The notes under the pieces were generated by a model that did not search any database, was not told the origin of the DNA, and worked only from the letters and a program-made list of their open reading frames with translations. From Nostoc sp. PCC 7120 = FACHB-418 (GTDB lineage: Bacteria; Cyanobacteriota; Cyanobacteriia; Cyanobacteriales; Nostocaceae): a stretch of 32,000 bases of DNA. The stretch is taken from NCBI RefSeq assembly GCF_000009705.1, contig NC_003272.1:2790001-2822000 (forward strand). Reading direction: 5' to 3'. Positions 20,481 to 28,433 of this stretch are shown in pieces; position 1 is the first letter of the stretch, and each line of letters starts with the position of its first letter. The position numbers were made by a program, and so were the translations under genes.

Positions 20481-20513
20481 AGATACCCGAATTTTTGAAA
20501 AATTCGGGTATCT
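20481..20513. terminator. 33-nt perfect palindrome, likely a bidirectional terminator
   Basis: agatacccgaattttt g aaaaattcgggtatct, starting 11 nt after the ferritin-like gene stop. Confidence 0.7.
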
Positions 20514-20540
20514 TGTGATTGAAGACTGGTTATCAATTTC

Positions 20541-20652
20541 AGGACTTACGTAACCGAAACTCTCTGCTTTGGGAGGGTGTAAAGGTATCGGCAATTTATC
20601 CTTCTATAACCTGGCCAATACTCTTGATTGTTCGTTTTCATGTGTAAGCCCT
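20541..20652. mobile_element. possible miniature inverted-repeat element (about 112 bp)
   Basis: The ends aggacttacgta (20541..20552) and tgtgtaagccct (20641..20652) are imperfect inverted repeats (9/12). The AGGACTTACG end resembles repeats I recall as common in Nostoc genomes. Confidence 0.3.
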
Positions 20653-20949
20653 AAATGTTTTAAATCTGAATTATGAACCTGAATGACACCCTTCTATAAA
20701 AGTAAAGAGTGGTGATGCTGTCGATTCAGGTTAATTCATGACATTCATTGAAACAGTTTTGACAATATGTGGATTGCTCAAAAGACTACACAGTAAATCT
20801 TTGACAATCTATAGTCCAGAATGGTGTTACTGTGGGTTGTTCATCCCAGGACGAGAAGAGACTATGAAAAGAGTTGAACGGCTTTTATATTTGTCTGTGA
20901 CAAAAAATATGAACTCATCCCATGATTAGGAAGTATCAAACCCTCACTT

Positions 20950-21183
20950 CTAAGCAATTAGATGAGCATTGCTATAAGTTTCTATGAGACTTCTACGTCC
21001 AGTACCGCGATGTGGTTGGGGTTTTTCTGGTTGATTACGTTTGGGTTTAGATTTTAGTGAGATCATATTTTGTGAATTAGAGGGAGAAAAAGCGAAATCG
21101 TGACTAGCTATTCCCAGGTAATCAGAAACTAGGGAACCAAGTACTAGACTCGAAATTAAAACTGGAACAGCAGCACGCATCAT
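20950..21183 (-). CDS. patX: PatX-like small protein carrying the HetR-inhibitor-type pentapeptide RGTGR
   Basis: 77 aa. Hydrophobic N-terminus (AAVPVLISSLVLGSLV), K/P-rich spacer (KSKPKRNQPEKPQP), then HRGTGR encoded by CGC GGT ACT GGA CGT on the minus strand at 21009..20995. A TCCGGA motif lies about 55 nt upstream of the ATG. Confidence 0.8.
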   Translation of the reverse strand: MMRAAVPVLISSLVLGSLVSDYLGIASHDFAFSPSNSQNMISLKSKPKRNQPEKPQPHRGTGRRSLIETYSNAHLIA

Positions 21184-21205
21184 AAAAGTCTCTTTGTAAA
21201 TTCTC

Positions 21206-21243
21206 TTATCTATTGCTACTGAGTTTTATATAACGAGTCCGGA
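21206..21243 (-). promoter_or_regulatory. DIF1 (TCCGGA) -35-type motif and putative -10 upstream of the RGTGR ORF
   Basis: TCCGGA at 21238..21243. On the minus strand it is followed by 19 nt and then TAGCAA. This is the same layout as TCCGGA-N18-TAGGTT upstream of hetR in this window. Confidence 0.6.
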
Positions 21244-21268
21244 AGAATCTAAAAAAAAGTAGTGCTTT

Positions 21269-23056
21269 TTACTGAAAATCCATGAAAGTGTGCATGGTGT
21301 CAATATATTCCACCAACAACCAATGACCGGAAGGATTGAGATGACCCCGAACCGTCAGATGTTGCTTATCTGTCAAGGCTTGTAGCTGTTCATTGATGTG
21401 CGATCGCAAAGTTACAAGCTGACAAGTGTGTCCTAGATTAGCAGCCGGAGCAGCGATCGTGAATCTGTAATCCTGCTGATTTAAAACCTGAAAAACGCCT
21501 GTGAAGGAATTATTTGCCCGTGTAAGTACTGATTTGGCTTCTGAGTGATAGTACTGATACAGAGAATCTGGGCAATTGCCGCTATCTGGATAGAGTTGAG
21601 GCTCCTTTAGGTAATACATTTGCCATTGCAACCATTCCGGATGACTAGGTAATAAATTAAATAAAGGCATGATGGCAGAGGGAGAGCGATTATCTTGTAA
21701 CAATGCTTCTTGTAATGCTTTTACAGGTAAATCCCTTGGTTGACAGCTTAACTCTGCACACATAGCCGCAGCCATTCCCGCCGCTTGACCGATACCCAAA
21801 ACTACAGGTTGTAATCTAGTCGCCCCATTAGCAATATGGGAAACAGAAATATTCTTTTCACAAACTAATAAACCATCTGCTGTAGCTGGAACCAGACAAC
21901 GGTAGGGAATCGTAAAAGGTGTTCCCGTCCAACGTCCTCCCCAACGGATGGATTTAGGTTGTAGTGGCAAGTCAAACCCAGGATAGTGATGGTCATTGGC
22001 ATAATTACCAATAGCGATCGCATCTGGAAACAAAGATGCTACCTGACCACCGGGAACTGGCAAAATATCCTGTTCTCGAACAGTAGTTAGCCCCACCAAG
22101 CGCCGACTTTCTCTGTAGTATGGGTGTAATGCAAATGCCGACGAAGCATGAGGAAAAACTTGCTCTGCCAAACCGTAACGCCGACCAAGCTGAGTTTGGA
22201 TAAAATGAGCAAAATTTTGGCTATGCCAACGAGATTCTTGGAAAAAATCACCCTTAGCTGCTGCTGATTCTATTAGCCGTCCTACTCCTTCGCCGTAGTC
22301 ATTACCACAAATCGGCCAGTTAATCATAAAGAGATTTCCTGGCAAACGTCCATAATTTAAGAATTGCTCTGCACCGTAGTTTTCCCAAGCTCCAGCAAAC
22401 AGCGCCGCATCATAATTAGGTGCAGGGGGAATTTTTGGCGCGACTGGTTCCCCAAAGTCCTGCATCACTACCACCCAAGTAGGCGATTGCACAGGATATC
22501 TTGCTGTTAGATCATTAAAACTACTTGGGGCGCTTGGTTCTTCCCATTCAGATTGCAACTCCCAACCCCAACGGTAAGGGATATCTGCTAAAGCTAGTAA
22601 ATCTCCCAACTCTGTACCGTCAATAGTAATTTTGGCTTGCACGGTAAAGTCTGCGAACCTGACACCAGTGATGGAATTATCTTGTTGCAAAACTTCTAGA
22701 GGTACTTGTCCAGAAATCCAGTGCAGATTTGTTAGTTCCTGTACCCAGTCAGCAAAGATTTCCGCTCCAATACGGGGATCATAACTAAAAAAACTCACCC
22801 AACTATTATCTAATCCCCCTGGCTGTCGCTGTTGTAATTCCTGTAAAAAAGCACCCCATAACCCCGTCTGAAACGCCATTAATTCATTACCATCAGGTGC
22901 AGATACTCCAGCAGCAGTTAACATTCCTCCTAGCCAAGGAAACTCACTGACCAACATAGTTTTTGCACCTCTGCGAGCTGCTTGAATGGCAGCCGCAGTT
23001 CCTCCGGTTCCCCCACCAACGACTAAAACATCAGTTAAATAAGTTTGATTAACCAT
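21269..23056 (-). CDS. FAD-dependent oxidoreductase (FAD_oxidored-like) with extra C-terminal domain
   Basis: 595 aa. N-terminal dinucleotide-binding motif DVLVVGGGTGGTAAAIQAARRG. Substrate unknown. Confidence 0.8.
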   Translation of the reverse strand: MVNQTYLTDVLVVGGGTGGTAAAIQAARRGAKTMLVSEFPWLGGMLTAAGVSAPDGNELMAFQTGLWGAFLQELQQRQPGGLDNSWVSFFSYDPRIGAEIFADWVQELTNLHWISGQVPLEVLQQDNSITGVRFADFTVQAKITIDGTELGDLLALADIPYRWGWELQSEWEEPSAPSSFNDLTARYPVQSPTWVVVMQDFGEPVAPKIPPAPNYDAALFAGAWENYGAEQFLNYGRLPGNLFMINWPICGNDYGEGVGRLIESAAAKGDFFQESRWHSQNFAHFIQTQLGRRYGLAEQVFPHASSAFALHPYYRESRRLVGLTTVREQDILPVPGGQVASLFPDAIAIGNYANDHHYPGFDLPLQPKSIRWGGRWTGTPFTIPYRCLVPATADGLLVCEKNISVSHIANGATRLQPVVLGIGQAAGMAAAMCAELSCQPRDLPVKALQEALLQDNRSPSAIMPLFNLLPSHPEWLQWQMYYLKEPQLYPDSGNCPDSLYQYYHSEAKSVLTRANNSFTGVFQVLNQQDYRFTIAAPAANLGHTCQLVTLRSHINEQLQALTDKQHLTVRGHLNPSGHWLLVEYIDTMHTFMDFQ

Positions 23057-23346
23057 AAGTAGAAATTTACGTATTTGTAATCAGGATACAGACAAACTTA
23101 TCCTGTTGTATACGCATTTTATGATGCACTCATATCTGTATTTACTAACGAGTGAATGATTTTGGTGTTTGGAAAATTAGTATTTTAAATATAGAATTTG
23201 TGTATGATTTTTAAAATGCAAATAAAGTCACATATTTATAATGAAATTTCATGAATGAGGTTTTATTCAGCCAATTGAAGATTAGATCTACAGGATTTTT
23301 TAATAGGTAGGATGTATAGAAAAAATATTTAATTTTTGAATTACAC

Positions 23347-23471
23347 GTAGGGTAGGCAATGCCTAACTACAGATACTGAGATATTTATACACAAGCTACG
23401 CCAAAGATCATTAAATCGGATTCCTATATCGCCTCTATTATCAATTCTTTGGTGGGCATTGCCCACCCTAC
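23347..23471. mobile_element. MITE-like element bounded by inverted GTAGGGT(G/A)GGCAATGCC termini
   Basis: gtagggtaggcaatgcctaac (23347..23367) matches the reverse complement of ggtgggcattgcccaccctac (23451..23471) at 17/21. The internal segment is related to 27786..27850. Confidence 0.55.
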
Positions 23472-23554
23472 AAATGCTGAAATATATTCTGTTTGTAATA
23501 TAAACCAAGTGGATTCTTAAATAAGAGAATCAGAGGAGAATGAAGTGTTTGCAA

Positions 23555-25042
23555 TTATTTATTCTTGGGATTTTTTAATAGTAAAACTAACACTGCTCCC
23601 GAAAGAACGCCACCGATCCAGCCAAACATAGAGTTAACTAAAATCCACCAACCTGCTTGCTCAACAAATTGCCTAAGGATAAACCATTGAATAATCCCAA
23701 CTATAGGGCCAATCCACAGTAAGGAATATTCAGGATAATCACCACACACGAGAACAGAAATACAAACGCCTAGTGTAGTTCCTAATACCCACTGCTTTTC
23801 AGATACAGGAATTAACCGCCGTAAAACTAATACCTGCATGAAGCCGATGGTCAATGCTATTGTGATGGCTACGGCTTGGCTACTGAGAATTGTACCAAGT
23901 GGCTCGAAAATTTCGTGAGCGATCGCCCCCACAATTCCGCCACCAACTAAACCGACGATATTAACTAGTACCCATTGCAAATAGAAACCTATGCCTACTG
24001 GCGGTTTGGCAGTGATGGGAGGGGGGGAAGCTATCAATTTTTGTGGGATTTCTTGACGATACTGGGCTGGGACTGCGGGTGGCGGAGAATATAGAGGAGG
24101 TTCTGCAACTTGCGGGGTATTACCATGATTTTTTACAGGTAAAGTCGGCTTAGATCCAGGTGGTGGAGATGTTTGCGTTGGTGCATAAGCATTTCCCAAG
24201 TTCTGCACCGTCGCTAAAGCCTCGACTGCTGACTGATAGCGTTGGCGAAAGTCGTAACGTACCATTCTATCTAATACATCTGCTAAACTTGGGCTGACCT
24301 GGACTAATTCACGCCAAATAATTTCTGCCGTCTGGATATCTTCTTGCAACTGATGAGGCATCAATCCTGTCAAAGCTTGAATACCAATCATTCCCACAGC
24401 ATAGACATCACTACTTAATCGAGGGCTACCACGACTTTGTTCACTAGGCATATAGCCAGCAGTACCAATACTCACGGTCATTTTAGTTACACCTTCACCA
24501 TTCACCACCTGAGTACCGATCTGTTTTACTGCCCCAAAGTCAATTAGCACAACTTTGCCATCACTTTTACGACGAATCAGATTAGGTGGTTTGATATCCC
24601 TATGAATGACGTTATTTTGATGAACAAAAGCTAAGGGTTGCAGGATATTTTTTAACAGAGCGATAGTATAAGGCTCACTTAATCGCTTTCCTGGAGTCAG
24701 TTCATCACTAAGAGGATGTCCATCAATGAACTGTTGAACCAGAAAAAACTCTTGATGTTCTTCAAAGTGTGCCAGTAGTTGGGGAATTTGGTCGTGGGTT
24801 CCTAATTTATGTAATAACTCTGCTTCCGATGCAAATAAGCGCCTAGCGACTTGTAAAGTCATAGGATCATTAGCCATCGGTTGGAGTTGCTTGACGACAC
24901 AGAGATTATTGTAAAGTTTAATGTCTTCAGCAATGTAAGTTTTACCGAAACCACCAGCACCTAAAACTTGAGTAACTTTATAGCGTCCGTCTAATAACTG
25001 ACCCAACATACAGGCGATTACCTCCGGTAGTGCGTAGCCCAT
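23555..25042 (-). CDS. Ser/Thr protein kinase with Pro-rich linker and C-terminal polytopic membrane domain
   Basis: 495 aa. Hanks motifs GAGGFGKTY, VVK, HRDIKPPN, DFG and SEQ, then a Pro-rich linker and about 5 hydrophobic helices with an internal (Q/G)W(V/W)(L/I)LVN repeat. The start could instead be Met12 (25009). Confidence 0.9.
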   Translation of the reverse strand: MGYALPEVIACMLGQLLDGRYKVTQVLGAGGFGKTYIAEDIKLYNNLCVVKQLQPMANDPMTLQVARRLFASEAELLHKLGTHDQIPQLLAHFEEHQEFFLVQQFIDGHPLSDELTPGKRLSEPYTIALLKNILQPLAFVHQNNVIHRDIKPPNLIRRKSDGKVVLIDFGAVKQIGTQVVNGEGVTKMTVSIGTAGYMPSEQSRGSPRLSSDVYAVGMIGIQALTGLMPHQLQEDIQTAEIIWRELVQVSPSLADVLDRMVRYDFRQRYQSAVEALATVQNLGNAYAPTQTSPPPGSKPTLPVKNHGNTPQVAEPPLYSPPPAVPAQYRQEIPQKLIASPPPITAKPPVGIGFYLQWVLVNIVGLVGGGIVGAIAHEIFEPLGTILSSQAVAITIALTIGFMQVLVLRRLIPVSEKQWVLGTTLGVCISVLVCGDYPEYSLLWIGPIVGIIQWFILRQFVEQAGWWILVNSMFGWIGGVLSGAVLVLLLKNPKNK

Positions 25043-25237
25043 CGCACAGAAGATTGTCTGTATTTTAACCTCACTATTACATATGCCAAGCAGTGAATTT
25101 TATCGAACTACTTGAGTAGCTAGGTAGAGAAATACCGGATTTTGTGCGTAATGTTTTGTCTGATAAATCTGAAACCTTATAGCTGAACGTGGACGACTAA
25201 TGTTAAATCTAGTAACGTTGAGTAGTGGAAAACCAAC

Positions 25238-26296
25238 GTGAAAGCACAGGTATTTCGAGGTGTAAATCAACTCTCTTATGAAGAGATCCCCCTACCGATT
25301 CTGGAACCAGATGAAGTGCTGGTACAGGTGCAAGTAGTCGGTTTGTGTCAGTCAGATATTAAAAAAATTCGTTATCCACTTTATGAACCACCACGCATCT
25401 TTGGTCATGAAACAGCCGGGACTATAGCCGCAGTGGGTTCTCAGGTACAGGGTTGGCAAGTAGGACAACGGGTGGCGGTGATGCACCACATTCCTTGTAT
25501 GCGCTGTGCCTATTGTATGAATGAGAATTTTTCCATGTGTGATGTTTATAAAAACATCTCCACCACTGCCGGATTTAATGCCAGTGGCGGTGGCTTTGCG
25601 GAGTATGTCAAGGTTCCGGGTCATATTGTAGAGAATGGTGGCTTAATTCCGATTCCTGACGGGATCAGTTTTGAAGAAGCGAGTTTTGTTGAACCTACAA
25701 ACTGTTGCTTAAAAGCAGTCAAAAAAGCCCAGATTGCCCCAGGACAGACTGTTCTGGTAACTGGTGCAGGGCCGATTGGCTTAATGTTTGTCATGTTGGT
25801 GAAATATTTCGGGGCAAAAGCGATCGCCACCGATTTGCTACCATCAAGAATAGAAAAAGCCCTCAATGTGGGTGCAGAAGCCGCATTTGATGCCCGTGAT
25901 CCTGATTTACCAGCCAAAGTTCATGCCCTCACCAATGGACTAGGGGTTGATGTTACTTTGCTAGCTGTCCCCAGTGAAAAAGCCTTCTTTCAAGCTCTAG
26001 AATGTACGAGAAAAGGCGGCAAAATCTTGTTTTTCGCCGAATTTCCAGACGAATTAGAAATTCCCATTAACCCAAATATTCTTTATCGTCGAGAAATCGA
26101 CCTAATGGGCAGTTACAGTTCATCCTATCGCCTCCAAAATCTCTCAGCTGATATCGTCTTTAATCGCCGCATCGATGTGCAAGCATTAATTAGCGATCGC
26201 TATCCCCTAAAAGATTTATCAGCCGCAGTAGATCAAGCGATCGCACCCACACCAGAAACTTACAAAATTCTGATTTATCCGAAAATTGGGGATTAG
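25238..26296 (+). CDS. zinc-dependent alcohol/polyol dehydrogenase (MDR family)
   Basis: 352 aa. Catalytic Zn ligands (C38, GHE), structural Zn cluster CMRCAYCMNENFSMC and NAD fold GAGPIG. GTG start. Confidence 0.9.
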   Translation: MKAQVFRGVNQLSYEEIPLPILEPDEVLVQVQVVGLCQSDIKKIRYPLYEPPRIFGHETAGTIAAVGSQVQGWQVGQRVAVMHHIPCMRCAYCMNENFSMCDVYKNISTTAGFNASGGGFAEYVKVPGHIVENGGLIPIPDGISFEEASFVEPTNCCLKAVKKAQIAPGQTVLVTGAGPIGLMFVMLVKYFGAKAIATDLLPSRIEKALNVGAEAAFDARDPDLPAKVHALTNGLGVDVTLLAVPSEKAFFQALECTRKGGKILFFAEFPDELEIPINPNILYRREIDLMGSYSSSYRLQNLSADIVFNRRIDVQALISDRYPLKDLSAAVDQAIAPTPETYKILIYPKIGD

Positions 26297-26313
26297 GGAC
26301 TGGGAACTGGGTA
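26286..26313. repeat. STRR1 array (complement of CCCCAGT), 4 degenerate units
   Basis: ttgggga ttaggga ctgggaa ctgggta. It overlaps the ADH stop codon (26294..26296). Confidence 0.65.
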
Positions 26314-26366
26314 TTTTTACCTCTGTCCCATGTCTGTGTTGCTCTATCTCTTGCCCCTTTGTCAAT

Positions 26367-27665
26367 ATGGAAATACCAATTACATTACTTTTAGTTGCCC
26401 TACTAGCCTTTTATGTAGCTTGGAATCTGGGAGCTAACGATGTCGCTAATGCAATGGGAACATCTGTCGGTTCCAAAGCTATAACTCTCAAGCAAGCAAT
26501 AATTATTGCTGGGGTGTTGGAGTTTACTGGTGCTGTCTTATTTGGACATGGTGTAACAGAAACCCTGTCCACAAAAGTTGCTAACCCCACATTATTTGCA
26601 GCTACTCCCCAAGTTTTAGTTACTGGCATGATGACAGTATTAATTTCTTGTGGTTTATGGTTGCAAATTGCCACCTCCCGTGGTTTACCTGTATCTTCTT
26701 CTCATGCAGTTGTAGGTGCGATCGCTGGCTTTAGTTGGGTGGCTTTGGGAGTAAATGCCATTGATTGGTCATCCATTGGACTAATTACTATCGGTTGGAT
26801 TTTCACCCCAGTGATTAGTGGAGCGATCGCCGCTTTCTTCTATAGTCAAATTAAACACTGGATTTTAGAACAACCAAACCAAGTATCCCAACTCAAAGAG
26901 TGGATTCCCTGGTTAAGTGCAGTTCTTCTAGGAGTATTTGGCGTAATTGTCCTCCCTTCCCTAACTCAACCCCTAACCAATGTCTTCATCAACCAATTCG
27001 GTGTCAACATTCCCCCCCACGATATCCCACTGATCACAGGTGCATTTGCCGCAGTCACACTGACGCTCATAACTTGGCGACAGCTAGAGGAGGCAGGGGA
27101 AAAAATCCCCAGCCAACCGTCAACCGTCAACCGTCAACCGTCAACCGTCAACAATCCCATCGAAAGCATATTCGCCCGCTTCCAAGTCCTGAGTGCTTGC
27201 TTTGTTGCCTTTGCACATGGTTCTAATGATGTGGGTAATGCGATCGCTCCTTTGGCGGCGATCGTTTATATCAATCAAACTGGTCAAGTCCCTAGTGATG
27301 GGATCACTGTTCCCTTGTGGATATTAGTTCTGGGTGGTGTGGGGATTGTTGGTGGTTTAGCTGTTTGGGGTGAAAAAGTTATTGCCACAATCGGCGAAAA
27401 CATTATTGCTTTACAACCCAGTAGTGGATTTTGTGCGGAACTAGCAACCGCCACCACTATCTTACTTGCATCTCGCATGGGTTTACCCGTCTCCACTTCT
27501 CATGCCCTTGTGGGTGGTGTAGTTGGTATAGGACTAGTGCAGAGCCTCGATTCAGTTAAATTTCAGACTCTCCAGGGTATTGCTACCGCGTGGCTAGTGA
27601 CAGTGCCTGTAAGCGCAGTTCTGAGCGCTGCCATCTTTAGCATTGCGCGGATTTTCTTTTTTTAA
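26367..27665 (+). CDS. inorganic phosphate transporter, PiT (PHO4) family
   Basis: Two PHO4 half-repeats with GANDVANAMGTSVG and GSNDVGNAIAPL signatures, and about 10-12 TM helices. The track ORF starts at 26286, but that extension is STRR sequence overlapping the ADH stop. ATG 26367 (MEIPITLLLVALLAFYVAWNLGANDV) is preferred. Confidence 0.92.
   Translation: MEIPITLLLVALLAFYVAWNLGANDVANAMGTSVGSKAITLKQAIIIAGVLEFTGAVLFGHGVTETLSTKVANPTLFAATPQVLVTGMMTVLISCGLWLQIATSRGLPVSSSHAVVGAIAGFSWVALGVNAIDWSSIGLITIGWIFTPVISGAIAAFFYSQIKHWILEQPNQVSQLKEWIPWLSAVLLGVFGVIVLPSLTQPLTNVFINQFGVNIPPHDIPLITGAFAAVTLTLITWRQLEEAGEKIPSQPSTVNRQPSTVNNPIESIFARFQVLSACFVAFAHGSNDVGNAIAPLAAIVYINQTGQVPSDGITVPLWILVLGGVGIVGGLAVWGEKVIATIGENIIALQPSSGFCAELATATTILLASRMGLPVSTSHALVGGVVGIGLVQSLDSVKFQTLQGIATAWLVTVPVSAVLSAAIFSIARIFFF
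27114..27152 (+). repeat. perfect heptanucleotide tandem array (CAACCGT)x5 plus CAAC inside the PiT coding sequence
   Basis: Read directly. It encodes QPSTVNRQPSTVN in the central hydrophilic loop between the two PHO4 halves. Confidence 0.95.
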
Positions 27666-27694
27666 TGGAAAATGTTCTGAAATATGAGTTATGG

Positions 27695-27722
27695 CTGGGG
27701 ACTAGGGACTGGGGACTGGGTG
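27695..27722. repeat. STRR1 array (complement of CCCCAGT), 4 units
   Basis: ctgggga ctaggga ctgggga ctgggtg, 30 nt after the PiT stop. Same orientation as the array at 26286..26313. Confidence 0.7.
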
Positions 27723-27785
27723 AAAAGTTTTGTTGTGTCTAGGTTGTATCATCTATTGATGTCCTAACACTACTGGCAACAGCTA

Positions 27786-27850
27786 TAAATATCGGAATCC
27801 GATTTGATTATGCAAAATATCTAAGTATTTGTAGGGTGGGCATTGCCTAC
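27786..27850. mobile_element. partial copy of the repeat family seen at 23347..23471
   Basis: It shares ggaatccgattt, aatatct(a/c)agtat(t/c)tgtag and ggcattgcctac with the reverse complement of 23347..23430. One block of about 19 bp is missing. Confidence 0.5.
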
Positions 27851-28433
27851 TTTATCCGGTCTCAACAGGAAATCTGGGATGCGTAAGTTCTAACAATATC
27901 GAAATATCTGCTAGAAGTATTTTGGCAAAATGGCAGGTAATTTATTAAAATGTTGTCCAGGGGATAATTTTAATTTTGGCAAAACGCGCAGCATAACCCC
28001 CATATAGAAGATATAAACTGTTATTACAGCTACATTCTGCATAAGTCTACCGATAAATATTACAACTGCACCCACTTTTTTGTTGCCAAGTATCCAATTG
28101 CAGAACTTGATTAATTACTGTTGCCACAAAAATAACAAGTATTTATATTTAGTGAGTTGTTTTCTTGAGACAAAATATCACTCGGATATAAAGACTGAAA
28201 TCGGGCTGATGCTATGCAGCCTATGAGATTGAAGGAAACGTGTTTTAGTAAGCTGTGAGTCATCATTATAAGCTTTGCCAACCTTGGGTTGGTCATGACA
28301 AAATGACGTTGATATCCGTAAGTCCTGTTAAGATGCTTGAGTTTATCTGAAAAAATACAGGAAATTAGAGTGAGCGCCACGCAAATTTACAGGCGGCAGC
28401 TGTATCGTCAAGGTGTATAGAGGTTAGAAGCTA

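Noticed and set aside
20738-20929. 63-aa plus-strand ORF convergent with the RGTGR ORF, and imperfect inverted repeats around 20663..20745.
   Set aside because: The ORF has no start signals or recognisable features. The inverted repeat has gaps and could equally be decayed repeat-element sequence.
26286-26366. 27-codon N-terminal extension of the PiT ORF in the track (MGIRDWELGI...).
   Set aside because: The extension consists of the STRR1 array and overlaps the ADH stop. The conserved PiT N-terminus begins at ATG 26367.
27114-27152. Heptamer arrays here and at 26286, 27695, 14256 and 4944, considered as possible CRISPR or other spacer-repeat loci.
   Set aside because: The units are 7 nt and contiguous with no spacers. 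These are STRR-type microsatellites, not CRISPR.
28111-28380. 89-aa minus-strand ORF (GTG start) and a 43-aa hydrophobic ORF (27911..28042, minus) in the PiT-sepJ spacer.
   Set aside because: No Shine-Dalgarno sequence, non-ATG start for the larger one, unremarkable composition, and no family resemblance. Insufficient evidence to call them.
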